The position numbers and the translations under genes were made by a program. Source: Verrucomicrobiia bacterium (lineage in GTDB: Bacteria; Acidobacteriota; Terriglobia; Acidiferrales; UBA7541). Taken from it: DNA of 43,405 nt. Under the pieces are notes generated by a model, which had not been told where the DNA came from, did not search any database, and was given only the letters and a program-made list of their open reading frames with translations. This document shows, in pieces, positions 8,696 through 18,155 of this stretch. The DNA is taken from contig DATMRE010000109.1 of the NCBI GenBank assembly GCA_035566475.1, positions 1-43,405 on the forward strand. The letters are read 5' to 3'. Positions within the stretch are counted from its first letter, which is position 1, and every line of letters starts with the position of its first letter.

Positions 8696-9086
8696 ACCTG
8701 AGATACGAGCGACGCTCGACGGTGTGATCCAGGCGACCCTGAGTCGAGACTGCCCGAGGCTCGCCGAATTCAAGAACACGCCTGCTCTTGTTCCCGCCGA
8801 GGGCGAGTGATTGAGAACGATCCGGGCAAAGACTCAGGATCCGAGATCGTCACCACGGCAATGGAAGATATTCAATCGCCGCTTCGACCCCCACCTGAGC
8901 TCCGCTCGGTCGATATGTCCCGGGCACCCCCCTGAGCCCGCTCCGCCAGGCGCGTGACTCATGGGATCAATTTCGTGGGTCGACCAGGCGCCCGATAGCG
9001 AACAAGATCGTGCCGAAGCCAGGTTGACTCGGCCGGTGCGCAACGGCTGAGCTGGGCCTCCACTGGTTCGTGGTTGATTCCCGGAG

Positions 9087-9115
9087 TTGACGCGCCGCGG
9101 ACGCAGGCATATAGT
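9087..9115 (+). promoter_or_regulatory. sigma70-type promoter candidate TTGACG-N17-TATAGT
   Basis: Hexamers at 9087-9092 and 9110-9115 are separated by a 17-nt spacer, 37 nt upstream of the MBL-hydrolase ATG. Confidence 0.4.
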
Positions 9116-9151
9116 TTCGCCGTTCGTCAGAGTTGACGATTGGAGGGAGCC

Positions 9152-10591
9152 ATGACTAAGAGGTTATTGATGGTGCTTACAGCGCTGGCAGTGGTGATCG
9201 GGATCACCTCGGCGCAGAGCGCCAAGACGGTGTTGCAGAATGCCACCGAGGCCATGGGAGACGTAAAATCGATCCAGTATTCCGGCACTGGCCATTACTA
9301 CTCGCTGGGACAGAATTTCAGCACAAACTCGGCCTGGCCGGACTCGATCATCATCAGTTATGCCCGAACGATCGACTACTCGGCCCGCTCCTCGAAGGAG
9401 GAACTCACCCGCACGGACACGAATCCGCCAGCAATCGGCGGCGGAGCTCGCTTCAGCGGCGAGCAGAAACAGGTCAACCTGGTCAGCGGGTCCTACGCCT
9501 GGAACCAGCCCGGCAGCACGCCGCAGCCAGCGGTGGCGGCGGCCGACGAGCGGCTGCTTCAGATCTGGCTGAGCCCGCACGGATTCCTGAAAGCCGCGAT
9601 GGAGAACAATGCGACCACCAAGTCGGCCAAGAGCGGCACGATGGTCTCGTTCATGGCCATGGGCAAGTTCAAGGTGAATGGCACGATCGACAACCAGAAC
9701 ATGGTGACCAGAGTCGAGACGTGGATTCCCAATCCAGTCCTCGGAGATATGCACGTTGAGACCAAGTACTCCAACTACAAAGATTTCGGCGGAGTCAAGT
9801 TCCCGACCTCGATCGTCCAAGCGCAGGGAGGACATCCGGTCCTCGATCTTACCGTGACCAGCGCCCAGCCCAATTCCGCGAACGAGCTCTCCGTGCCGGA
9901 CGCCGTGAAACAAGCGACCCCGCCCCCGGTTGTCGTGAAGTCACAGAAGATGGCCGACGGTGTCTGGTTCCTCGGCGGCGGCACGCACAACAGCGTTCTC
10001 GTCGAATATCCTTCCTATCTGGTGATGGTCGAGGCGCCCTTGAACGAAGAGCGCTCGCTAGCCCTGATCGCGGAGGCCAAGAAGCTGGTTCCGGACAAAC
10101 CGATCAAGTACCTGGTGAACACGCACCACCATTTCGACCACTCCGGCGGCGTGCGTACCTATGTCGAGGAGGGCGCGATCATCATCACCAACGCGATGAA
10201 CAAGCCGTTCTACGAAGCGGCCTGGAAGGCGCCTCGCACGTTGGCTCCGGACAAACTGGCACAGAATCCGAAAAAGGCTGAGTTCGTGACAGTGAAGGAG
10301 AAGTACGTTCTGGCCGACGGAGCTCGAACCCTCGAGATCCATCACCTGCAGGGCGAAACCCACAATGAGGGCATGCTGATCGCGTATCTGCCGAAGGAGA
10401 AGATCCTGATCGAAGCGGACGATTACACTCCCTCCGCCCCCAACGCGCCTCCGCCGCCCATCAACGTCTCCCGCAGCCAAAATCTATATGCCAACATCCA
10501 GCGACTGAAGCTGGACGTGGATGCGATTGCCCCGCTCCACGGCGACGTGTCGAACTTGGCCGCGTTGATGAAAGTGACCGGGGGGTCGTAA
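9152..10591 (+). CDS. secreted MBL-fold metallo-hydrolase with a roughly 270-aa N-terminal extension
   Basis: Signal peptide MTKRLLMVLTALAVVIGITSAQSA. The metallo-beta-lactamase motif NTHHHFDHSGG is present, with a later His/Asp. ATG 9152 follows GGAGGGAG. Confidence 0.85.
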   Translation: MTKRLLMVLTALAVVIGITSAQSAKTVLQNATEAMGDVKSIQYSGTGHYYSLGQNFSTNSAWPDSIIISYARTIDYSARSSKEELTRTDTNPPAIGGGARFSGEQKQVNLVSGSYAWNQPGSTPQPAVAAADERLLQIWLSPHGFLKAAMENNATTKSAKSGTMVSFMAMGKFKVNGTIDNQNMVTRVETWIPNPVLGDMHVETKYSNYKDFGGVKFPTSIVQAQGGHPVLDLTVTSAQPNSANELSVPDAVKQATPPPVVVKSQKMADGVWFLGGGTHNSVLVEYPSYLVMVEAPLNEERSLALIAEAKKLVPDKPIKYLVNTHHHFDHSGGVRTYVEEGAIIITNAMNKPFYEAAWKAPRTLAPDKLAQNPKKAEFVTVKEKYVLADGARTLEIHHLQGETHNEGMLIAYLPKEKILIEADDYTPSAPNAPPPPINVSRSQNLYANIQRLKLDVDAIAPLHGDVSNLAALMKVTGGS

Positions 10592-10630
10592 GACTCCCTA
10601 CCGCGCCTCATCGAGTCCGGCAGAGGAAGG

Positions 10631-10657
10631 AGTGGGCCAGATTGAATCTGGCCCACT
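10631..10657. terminator. perfect 12-bp inverted repeat between convergent genes (candidate bidirectional terminator; no T-run)
   Basis: AGTGGGCCAGAT-TGA-ATCTGGCCCACT lies 40 nt after the MBL stop and about 180 nt after the RND permease stop. Confidence 0.45.
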
Positions 10658-10834
10658 ACCGGCTCGAGATATTCCGCCGCCACGTGAGCGTCTGTTTGCC
10701 TATCGATCACTCGCCCTCTGAGGCTCTCCCTTTCTCTCAATCCCAGGCCGCCAGGGGAGCGATCCGGCAATTGTGCCAGTCGAAACCGGATCCGCTCAGC
10801 CGGGATTGTCATCGACCCACCAGGCTCGACTTCC

Positions 10835-13800
10835 CTACGGTTTTCGCTCTTCCGCGACCGCCATGCCGTCGGACGGCAGCCAATAGGTCGCGAGGACCGG
10901 AATCAGGAAGAGAATTGCGAGCGGAGAGGTGACCATACCTCCCACCACCACGCGAGCAAGCGGCTGCTGGGCCTGCACGCCGATCCCCGTTGACACGGCC
11001 GCGGGGAGCAAACCCAGGCCCGCGGCGGCGCAGGCCATCAAGACCGGCCGCATCTCGCCCAGGCAACCGCGCTCGATCGCGCCGAGCATCGATTGCGAGT
11101 CCTTCTCCTTGCGGCGAATGCCCGAAACGAGCACGACGCCTCCGAGCGTACACACTCCGATCACCGAGGCGAAACCGACCGCAGCGGAGATGCTGAACGG
11201 CGTACGCGTCAACAGCAGCGAGAAAACACCGCCTATTTCGGCGAATGGAAGAATCGTCAGGACCAGCAGCGCGTGGCGCAGAGAATTAAACGCCGTGAAC
11301 AGGAGTCCGAAAACTATCAGCAAGCTGATGGGGACAATCACGAGGAGGCGCCGCTGCTCCTTCCGCAGGCTGTCGTATTCCCCAGCCCATTCCAGGTGGT
11401 AGCCCTCCGGCAGGTGAACCCCCCGGGAGAGCCGAACCTGGATGTCCTCGATCGTCCCGGCCAGGTCACGGCCCCGGACACTAAACTTGACAGGAATATA
11501 TCGCCGGCCATTTTCACGATAGATCATGAAGGCTCCCTCGTGAAGAGCCACATCGGCGACCTGGCCGATCGGGACGCGGTTGCCGTCCGGGGTGGGCAGC
11601 AAGATATTGCGTATGGCTTCGGGCGTGCGCCGGAATGCGGGCTGGTAGCGAATGACGAAATCGAAGCGGCGGTCGCCTTCAAGAATTTGGGTCGCAGCAA
11701 GGCCCCCGATGGCCGCTTGCACGGCTGCATTCACATCGGCGGCCATCAAGCCGTAGCGTGCACTTGCGGCGCGGTCAATTGAAACCAGCAGCTCAGGCTG
11801 GCCTGTCTCCTGAAACACGGCCAGGTCCGCAACTCCCGGCACGCCGGCCATCACGTCACGAATTTCGCCAGCTTTTTCGACCAGTACGTCGATGTCGTCG
11901 CCGAAGAGTTTGAGCGAGTTTTCGCCCTTCACGCCCGACATCGCTTCTTCAACGTTGTCCTGAATGTTCTGCGAGAAGTTGAAATCGACGCCCGGGAACT
12001 TGTCGAGTTCAGCGCCCATGCGGCGGATGAGCTCTTCTTTCGTCAATCCGCTAGGCCAAGCATCGGGGTTCTTGAGTGAAACCATGAATTCGATGTTGTT
12101 GAATGTCGTGACGTCGGTCCCGTCGTCAGGCCTTCCGGCCTGCGAGACCACCTGCGCGACGACTGGAAAGGTGAGCAGGGTTTCTCGGATTCCATGCGCG
12201 ATCTCCGTGCCGGACTCGTAGGATACGTCCTGTGGTAGCGTGGCGCGAACCCACAGATTTCCCTCCTCGAGCTTGGGCATGAATTCGCCGCCGAGGAGCG
12301 TGCCCACTGCCAGTGTGGCGACCAGCGCGCCTCCGGCGATGGCCAGCGTTGTCTTGCGATGCGCGCATGTCCACTTGAGAGCAACGACGTAACGTTTGCC
12401 GAGCCAGATGACCAGGCGCGTGTGGTGGCTGCGAACCTTCTCGGGACGCATCCAAGATACAAGCACCGGCGCCAGTAGGATAGCGAACAGCAGCGCCCCC
12501 GTGAGCGCGAAACCGTACGTCTCCGACATCGGCGAGAAGATTTTCCCTGGCACCCCTTGCATCGTGAAGAGCGGGACGAGCGCCACGATGATGACGAGGA
12601 CGGAGAATAGCACCGGTTTCACGGCCTCCGCGCTGGCGTCGGCGATCAGATCAAATGTGGAGGCGTCCGATGACGCCGCTTGAAAGCGGCGATAAATGTT
12701 TTCTAGCACGATGACCGAGGCATCCACAAGAATCCCGAAATCAATGGCCCCGATGGAGATCAAATTCGCGGAACGCCCGCTGAGAACCATCAACGAGAAC
12801 GCGAAGAGCAGCGAACACGGAATCGTCAGGGCGGCAATCAGCGAGATGGGAATGTCGCCGAGAAACACGATGAGGATCGCCGTGACCAGGATGAGGCCCA
12901 GAACCACGACGTGTCGCACCGTGGCCGTCGTGAGATGGATGAGATCGGTGCGATCGTAGAGAGTCAGGAGCTTCATTCCGCGAGGAAGCAGGCCGTTATT
13001 CAGCTCCTTCACCCTTTGCTCGAGCTGGCCGAGAGCCGGAAGCGACTGCTCGCCGCGCTGCAGAAGAACAATGCCTTCGACGGCGTCATCGTCATGATTC
13101 ACGCCCACCTGGCCCAACCGCGGTTGAAAACCCTCGTGAACGTCGGCGATGTCACGCAAGAAGACTGGAACGCCGTTTCGCTCGGTGATGACGACATTTC
13201 GCATCTCGGGAATCGAGCGAAGCAGGCCCAGACCCCGCACATTCACACTCTGGGCACCCATGGTCAGGTAGCTTCCGCCCGCGTTGGTGTTGCTCGAACC
13301 GACGGCGGCGACGACCTGCGGAAGGGTGACGTTATATTGCAGGAGTTTGCGCGGATCGATTTCGGCAACGTACTGGCGGGTGCTGCCGCCGAACGAAGTT
13401 ACGTCGATGATTCCTGAAACCTGTTTAATCTCTCTGGTGACGAACCAGTTCTCGGTCGCCTTGAGTTCATTCAGACTGAAATTCGGCCCATAGAGACGAT
13501 AGCGGTAGATTTCACCAATCGGCGACCAGGGAGAAAGCTGCGGCGAAAGACTCACCGGAAGCTGAACAAGCTGGAGACGATTGAGGACTTCCTGGCGATC
13601 CCAGTAATAATCGCTGTCGTAGCTGAAATACAGCTTCACATCGCTGAGCCCGAAGATGCTGATCGAACGAACTTCCTCAAGACGCGGGATTCCGAAAAGC
13701 ACCGTCTCGATCGGGAGTGTCACTTGGCGCTCAATTTCCTCGGCAGACCACGAAGGATTCTGCGTGATCACCTCGACGAGCGGCGGTGAAGGGTCCGGAT

Positions 13801-13912
13801 AAGCCTCGATGTCGAGTCGAAGGAACATGTAGAAGCCCCCCGCGAGCCAGGCGGCAAGAGCCACGACCATCAGGGGGCGGTAACGCAGCAACGACGCGAT
13901 CAGGTTGCGCAT
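10835..13912 (-). CDS. CusA/CzcA-family heavy-metal efflux RND permease
   Basis: 1025 aa. The N-terminus MRNLIASLLRYRPLMVVALAAWLAGGFYMFLRLDIEAYPDPSPPLVEVITQ is typical of HME-RND pumps. It has the 12-TM, two-large-loop architecture and starts 6 nt after the adaptor gene. Confidence 0.93.
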   Translation of the reverse strand: MRNLIASLLRYRPLMVVALAAWLAGGFYMFLRLDIEAYPDPSPPLVEVITQNPSWSAEEIERQVTLPIETVLFGIPRLEEVRSISIFGLSDVKLYFSYDSDYYWDRQEVLNRLQLVQLPVSLSPQLSPWSPIGEIYRYRLYGPNFSLNELKATENWFVTREIKQVSGIIDVTSFGGSTRQYVAEIDPRKLLQYNVTLPQVVAAVGSSNTNAGGSYLTMGAQSVNVRGLGLLRSIPEMRNVVITERNGVPVFLRDIADVHEGFQPRLGQVGVNHDDDAVEGIVLLQRGEQSLPALGQLEQRVKELNNGLLPRGMKLLTLYDRTDLIHLTTATVRHVVVLGLILVTAILIVFLGDIPISLIAALTIPCSLLFAFSLMVLSGRSANLISIGAIDFGILVDASVIVLENIYRRFQAASSDASTFDLIADASAEAVKPVLFSVLVIIVALVPLFTMQGVPGKIFSPMSETYGFALTGALLFAILLAPVLVSWMRPEKVRSHHTRLVIWLGKRYVVALKWTCAHRKTTLAIAGGALVATLAVGTLLGGEFMPKLEEGNLWVRATLPQDVSYESGTEIAHGIRETLLTFPVVAQVVSQAGRPDDGTDVTTFNNIEFMVSLKNPDAWPSGLTKEELIRRMGAELDKFPGVDFNFSQNIQDNVEEAMSGVKGENSLKLFGDDIDVLVEKAGEIRDVMAGVPGVADLAVFQETGQPELLVSIDRAASARYGLMAADVNAAVQAAIGGLAATQILEGDRRFDFVIRYQPAFRRTPEAIRNILLPTPDGNRVPIGQVADVALHEGAFMIYRENGRRYIPVKFSVRGRDLAGTIEDIQVRLSRGVHLPEGYHLEWAGEYDSLRKEQRRLLVIVPISLLIVFGLLFTAFNSLRHALLVLTILPFAEIGGVFSLLLTRTPFSISAAVGFASVIGVCTLGGVVLVSGIRRKEKDSQSMLGAIERGCLGEMRPVLMACAAAGLGLLPAAVSTGIGVQAQQPLARVVVGGMVTSPLAILFLIPVLATYWLPSDGMAVAEERKP

Positions 13913-13918
13913 CGTTCT

Positions 13919-15055
13919 CTAACTCCCGCCGGCTGAGTGCCCACCTGTCCGAAGCAGAAGCCCTCCTTCGGAGACAATCGTGTCGCCGGCATTCAGACCG
14001 GACACGATTTCAAGCGAACCGCCGGAGATACGGCCGAGCTTGACGCTGCGGCGTTCGAACCGGCCGTTGCCCCTCCCCACGAACACATAGGCGTCGTTCG
14101 CTTCACGGATGACCGCCGAAGACGGGACGAGGATGCCTTGTGATTCGGAGCGCAGCATGCGGATCGAGCCGAACATTGCGGGCTTGACGCGCATGCCGGG
14201 ATTGGGCAATACGACACGGACGCGGAGGGTGTGCGTGGCGGGATCGACGGCGTCTGAGATAACACTGATGCGACCCGACCAGCGCTCGTCCGGATAGGCG
14301 TTCAAGGTGACTTCAGCTTGTCGGCCCTGTCTTGCGGCAGACAGGTCCTTTTCGTAGATGTCTCCGACGGCCCAGATCGTGCTGATATCGGCGATCGTGC
14401 AGAGCGGACCGGTGGCATCGAGCGATTTCGAGAACTCCCCTGGGGCTGCGCCGATATCATCGAGGATCACCCCGGAACGCGGAGCCGTCACGGGAAGCTC
14501 CTTCGTAGCATGATCGGGATCGATGCCGAAGACGCTGACCTGCTCGCGCGCAGAGCCCACCTCTTCCTGGGCCATTTCCGCGTCGCCTTGAGCCTGCTGG
14601 TAGTCCTTTTCGGCGATCGCCAGGTGGGAGAGAAGATCCGCCGACCGTGCGAGCGCCTTCTGTTTCACCTGATTATCGACGAGGGCTTTGTGATAGGCCG
14701 CGACGGCGCGCGAAAGATCGCTGCTTTCGAGAACGGCGATGATCTCCCCCGCCTTGACACGGTCCCACGGCCGAACCTTCATTTCCATGATCCGGCCACC
14801 AGCGGGAGCGAAGACGTGCACGACGCGGGTTGGATCCGTCTCGATGTGCGCCGGCAAGTCCAGGTATTCAGGAATCGCAGTCATCGAGACCGTCAGCGTC
14901 TGAATCCCCTTTGCATCAGGAGCAACGTAGGCCGTCCCTGGGGCGCTCGCCGCGTTCGGATCGGAATGTCCCTGGCCGCCAGTGCTGCCCGATTTTGCGC
15001 AACCCGCGGCGGCGAGGACGGCGACTAGAGCGAAGGAGAGGATTGCTGGCATCAT
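13919..15055 (-). CDS. efflux RND periplasmic adaptor (membrane fusion protein), lipoprotein
   Basis: A lipobox is present (LAAAGC). It has barrel-sandwich hybrid and beta-barrel segments typical of CzcB/CusB-type adaptors. ATG 15055 has GGAG 8 nt upstream and is preferred over the ATG at 15091. Confidence 0.9.
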   Translation of the reverse strand: MMPAILSFALVAVLAAAGCAKSGSTGGQGHSDPNAASAPGTAYVAPDAKGIQTLTVSMTAIPEYLDLPAHIETDPTRVVHVFAPAGGRIMEMKVRPWDRVKAGEIIAVLESSDLSRAVAAYHKALVDNQVKQKALARSADLLSHLAIAEKDYQQAQGDAEMAQEEVGSAREQVSVFGIDPDHATKELPVTAPRSGVILDDIGAAPGEFSKSLDATGPLCTIADISTIWAVGDIYEKDLSAARQGRQAEVTLNAYPDERWSGRISVISDAVDPATHTLRVRVVLPNPGMRVKPAMFGSIRMLRSESQGILVPSSAVIREANDAYVFVGRGNGRFERRSVKLGRISGGSLEIVSGLNAGDTIVSEGGLLLRTGGHSAGGS

Positions 15056-15183
15056 GTAAGAGACTCCGTGGTCAGTGAACGCATGATCCATCAGACCAAA
15101 GAACCCGGTTTGAACCGATTTGCGCAGGCCGGATAACTCAGAGCTTCACACTGCTCGACGAATGGACCGAGCGACGGATCGTG

Positions 15184-15609
15184 TTAAAGCGAGGAAGCGG
15201 GAGGCGCTCGGCCGGACGACAGATCGTTCGGCCGAGGAGAATTCAAGCCCCGATTGAGTGGGGCAATGCTCGCAACGTCCGAGAGCGAATCGAATTGAGG
15301 CACGCGCGGGAGGATCGCCGCCCCCGATGCCGGGACGACCTTGGCGTCCCCGGGCGATTGCCGTGCGCAGGTCCAAACGACGAAGGATCGCCGACCGCCT
15401 GAACTCTCATCGAATAGGACGAGATCGGAGTGCAGGTCGTCCGAGAGCGAGACGGCATAGAACAGGAAGACCAATGCGCAAGCAAATGCCGTCCACTCCC
15501 GGAGCCGGTCGGAGTTCGCAAGGCGCGCCTGGTGCGCCCAGGACGCACGCCAGACGACCAGGGCCCCCAGGGCGATCAATACCCACAAGAAATTGAGGAA
15601 TAACTCCAT
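15184..15609 (-). CDS. small two-TM membrane protein, no family recognised
   Basis: Taken from the internal ATG: MELFLNFLWVLIALGALVVW ... WTAFACALVFLFYAVSLSDDLH, then a Ser/Pro/Asp-rich tail. It is on the same strand as, and 128 nt upstream of, the RND adaptor. No clear SD. Confidence 0.5.
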   Translation of the reverse strand: MELFLNFLWVLIALGALVVWRASWAHQARLANSDRLREWTAFACALVFLFYAVSLSDDLHSDLVLFDESSGGRRSFVVWTCARQSPGDAKVVPASGAAILPRVPQFDSLSDVASIAPLNRGLNSPRPNDLSSGRAPPASSL

Positions 15610-15900
15610 GGTCTGCCGCGACGCAGTCTTCGACAAGAATCTACTACGCGCGAAGCCTGGCCGCAATAGACGGGCCCGGCGCTCCGGGCCCTATCAGTCA
15701 CTGCCGGCAAGAAAAAGGAGCAAGTAGTCTGTCAAGGCCCGTCAAGTGGTTGAGGCTCTGGAACTAGCCGCTCCTGAATACCTGAACCCTTGCTTGCCGA
15801 TCGAGCGACTTTGAAATAGTCTCCGGGTTCTGGGCCGCGCGGCAGCAACGTCTCTCTGTGGCGGCCCGGGCACGAGCGTGAAGCGAGCGGTTTTTCGAGC

Positions 15901-16818
15901 TCAGGAGTGTTGAGTATTGCTGCGCACGCCTCCGGCTGGCGACGCTTTGCGCAGGAGAACGGCCGCGAGCTCCTGCGCGGCCGCCGTGAGCGGCCGGTCC
16001 TGCCGGTAGACGAGGTAGAGTTTCCTCGCGACGCGCATTTGCCGCAGTCGCACCTCGTGCAGGATTCCAGCCTTGACCTCCCGCTCGACGCACATCCGCG
16101 GCACGATGGCGACCCCCTTCTTCATCTCGACAAACAGCTTGATGCTTTCGATGGTCGGCAACTCGATCTCCATGCGCAGTGGAACATGATGGCGCGCGAA
16201 CATCTGCACGACGCGCTCGCGGTATGGAGATTTCACGATGTGGCCGATGAAATTCTCTTCTCCCAGTTCGCCGATATTCACCTCTCGGCGCTTCGCTAGA
16301 CGGTGGCCCGACCAGACAACCAGTGCGAGCGAGTCGCGGTAAAACTCGACCGCTGTCAGCTCGCGCTCCTCCGGAAGGTAGGAAATCACGCCCATGTCAA
16401 ACTGGTGGTTCAGCACTTCGCGCGGTACGTCGCGCGAGAAGACGCGGTGAACTCGAATGTGAATACCGGGATGAAGTTGCCGGTAGCGATCGAGTGCCGG
16501 CAGCAGCGCATGGATGGAGCTCTCATTGACGCCCAGCGAAACCTGCCCCCGCTCGAGCCCGCGCAGTTCCTTCATGCCTTTGCGAATTTCTTCGCGGAGA
16601 TTCAGCATCCGGTCGGCGTATTCGACAAGCAGGGTACCGGCGTCGGTCAACGTCTTCGCGCCCGAACCGCGAATAAACAGCGGCTGGCCCACCCATTCCT
16701 CGAGCTTGCGGATCGAGATGCTGATGGCCGGCTGCGTACGATAGAGCTTTTCCGCGGCGCGCGAGAAGCTGCGCTCGCGCACGACGGCCTGAAACACCTG
16801 CAAAGACCCGAGATCCAA
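15901..16818 (-). CDS. LysR family transcriptional regulator
   Basis: N-terminal HTH LQVFQAVVRERSFSRAAEKLYRTQPAISISIRKLEEWVG. TTG start with GGAGGAG 5 nt upstream. Divergent from the leuA-like gene. Confidence 0.9.
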   Translation of the reverse strand: MDLGSLQVFQAVVRERSFSRAAEKLYRTQPAISISIRKLEEWVGQPLFIRGSGAKTLTDAGTLLVEYADRMLNLREEIRKGMKELRGLERGQVSLGVNESSIHALLPALDRYRQLHPGIHIRVHRVFSRDVPREVLNHQFDMGVISYLPEERELTAVEFYRDSLALVVWSGHRLAKRREVNIGELGEENFIGHIVKSPYRERVVQMFARHHVPLRMEIELPTIESIKLFVEMKKGVAIVPRMCVEREVKAGILHEVRLRQMRVARKLYLVYRQDRPLTAAAQELAAVLLRKASPAGGVRSNTQHS

Positions 16819-16849
16819 GGGACTCCTCCGGAACCGCCGCTTCCAGTGT

Positions 16850-16864
16850 ATAAGAGATACTTAT
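16850..16864. promoter_or_regulatory. LysR-type T-N11-A box candidate ATAAG-N5-CTTAT
   Basis: Perfect dyad ATAAGAGATACTTAT containing T-N11-A, in the 120-bp divergent spacer between the LysR gene and the leuA-like gene. Confidence 0.4.
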
Positions 16865-16938
16865 TGCCCATGCAACAATTATAAATTGGACTTGTTTGCA
16901 TCACACGCGGTTCACTGGTAATGATAAGGAGTCGAACA

Positions 16939-18141
16939 ATGGACACCGTGCAGATCTTCGACACGACACTTCGCGACGGGGAGCAATCGCCCGGCTTCTC
17001 GATGAATTGCGACGAGAAGCTCCGGCTGGCCCTCCAGATCGAGGAGCTCGGCGTGGACATCCTCGAGGCGGGCTTTCCGATCGCTTCACCCGGAGACCTC
17101 CAGGCGACACGGACCGTGGCCCGCCAGATCAAGAGTTGCCGGGTAGCCGCGCTCGCGCGCGCGCGCCAGGAGGACGTGGAGGCAGCCCTGCGAGGACTCG
17201 AACCGGCCGCAAAGCCCCGCCTGCACCTCTTCCTCGCGACTTCGGATCTGCACCTGAAGCACAAGCTGCGGACTACTCGCGGCGAAGCTCTCGAGCGCGT
17301 CACGCAAATGGTGAAGTTCGGCCGCCAGCACTGCGATGAGGTGGAGTTTTCCGCCGAGGATGCCAGTCGTACCGAGATGGACTACCTGTGCCAGGTGGTT
17401 CTCGCAGCCGTCGAATGCGGGGCGACGATCATCAACTTGCCGGACACGGTCGGCTATTCGACACCGGACGAATACGCGGAAATGTTCCGCGGAGTCCGCG
17501 CACGTCTCACCGCGCACCCGAACGTCGTTCTGAGCGCGCACTGCCACGACGACCTGGGCCTGGCCGTGGCGAACTCGCTCGCGGCCATCGAGGCCGGCGT
17601 ACGCCAGATCGAGTGCACGATCAACGGCATTGGCGAGCGCGCCGGAAACGCCTCACTCGAGGAACTGGCCGTGGCGCTCCACGTGCGGCAGAACCACTTC
17701 GGTGTAGCCACCCGGCTCCGTCTGGAGAAGCTCTATCCGACAAGCCAGATGCTCTCCTTGATCACCGGCGTATCCGTCACACCGAACAAGGCCGTCGTGG
17801 GTGCCAACGCATTCGCGCACGAGGCGGGCATCCATCAAGATGGCATCCTGAAAAATCCCCTGACCTACGAGATCCTCGCTCCCGAGACGGTCGGTGTCCC
17901 GGCCAGACGGCTGGTGCTCGGAAAGCACTCCGGACGCAATGCCTTTCGCGCCCGCCTCCAGGAACTGGGATATGAGACAACCGACGGGGAACTCGCCGAA
18001 TGCTACGGCTTCGCCATGGCCCAGGCGGACGCGGAAAGGGAAATAACGGATCCCGACCTGATTGATATCATCCACCAGGTCCGTCGCGGCGAGACGCTCC
18101 GGCCGGCAAACCCCGGGCCGGCCACCGCGGCAGCGCGTTGA
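16939..18141 (+). CDS. leuA: 2-isopropylmalate synthase-like enzyme lacking the C-terminal regulatory domain
   Basis: Motifs FDTTLRDGEQ, HCHDDLGLAVANSLAAIEAG, NGIGERAGNASLEE and HEAGIHQDG are present. It is about 400 aa, versus the roughly 510-520 aa I expect for canonical LeuA. ATG 16939 lies 7 nt after AAGGAG. Confidence 0.85.
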   Translation: MDTVQIFDTTLRDGEQSPGFSMNCDEKLRLALQIEELGVDILEAGFPIASPGDLQATRTVARQIKSCRVAALARARQEDVEAALRGLEPAAKPRLHLFLATSDLHLKHKLRTTRGEALERVTQMVKFGRQHCDEVEFSAEDASRTEMDYLCQVVLAAVECGATIINLPDTVGYSTPDEYAEMFRGVRARLTAHPNVVLSAHCHDDLGLAVANSLAAIEAGVRQIECTINGIGERAGNASLEELAVALHVRQNHFGVATRLRLEKLYPTSQMLSLITGVSVTPNKAVVGANAFAHEAGIHQDGILKNPLTYEILAPETVGVPARRLVLGKHSGRNAFRARLQELGYETTDGELAECYGFAMAQADAEREITDPDLIDIIHQVRRGETLRPANPGPATAAAR

Positions 18142-18155
18142 ACCGGAGGCCGCCC

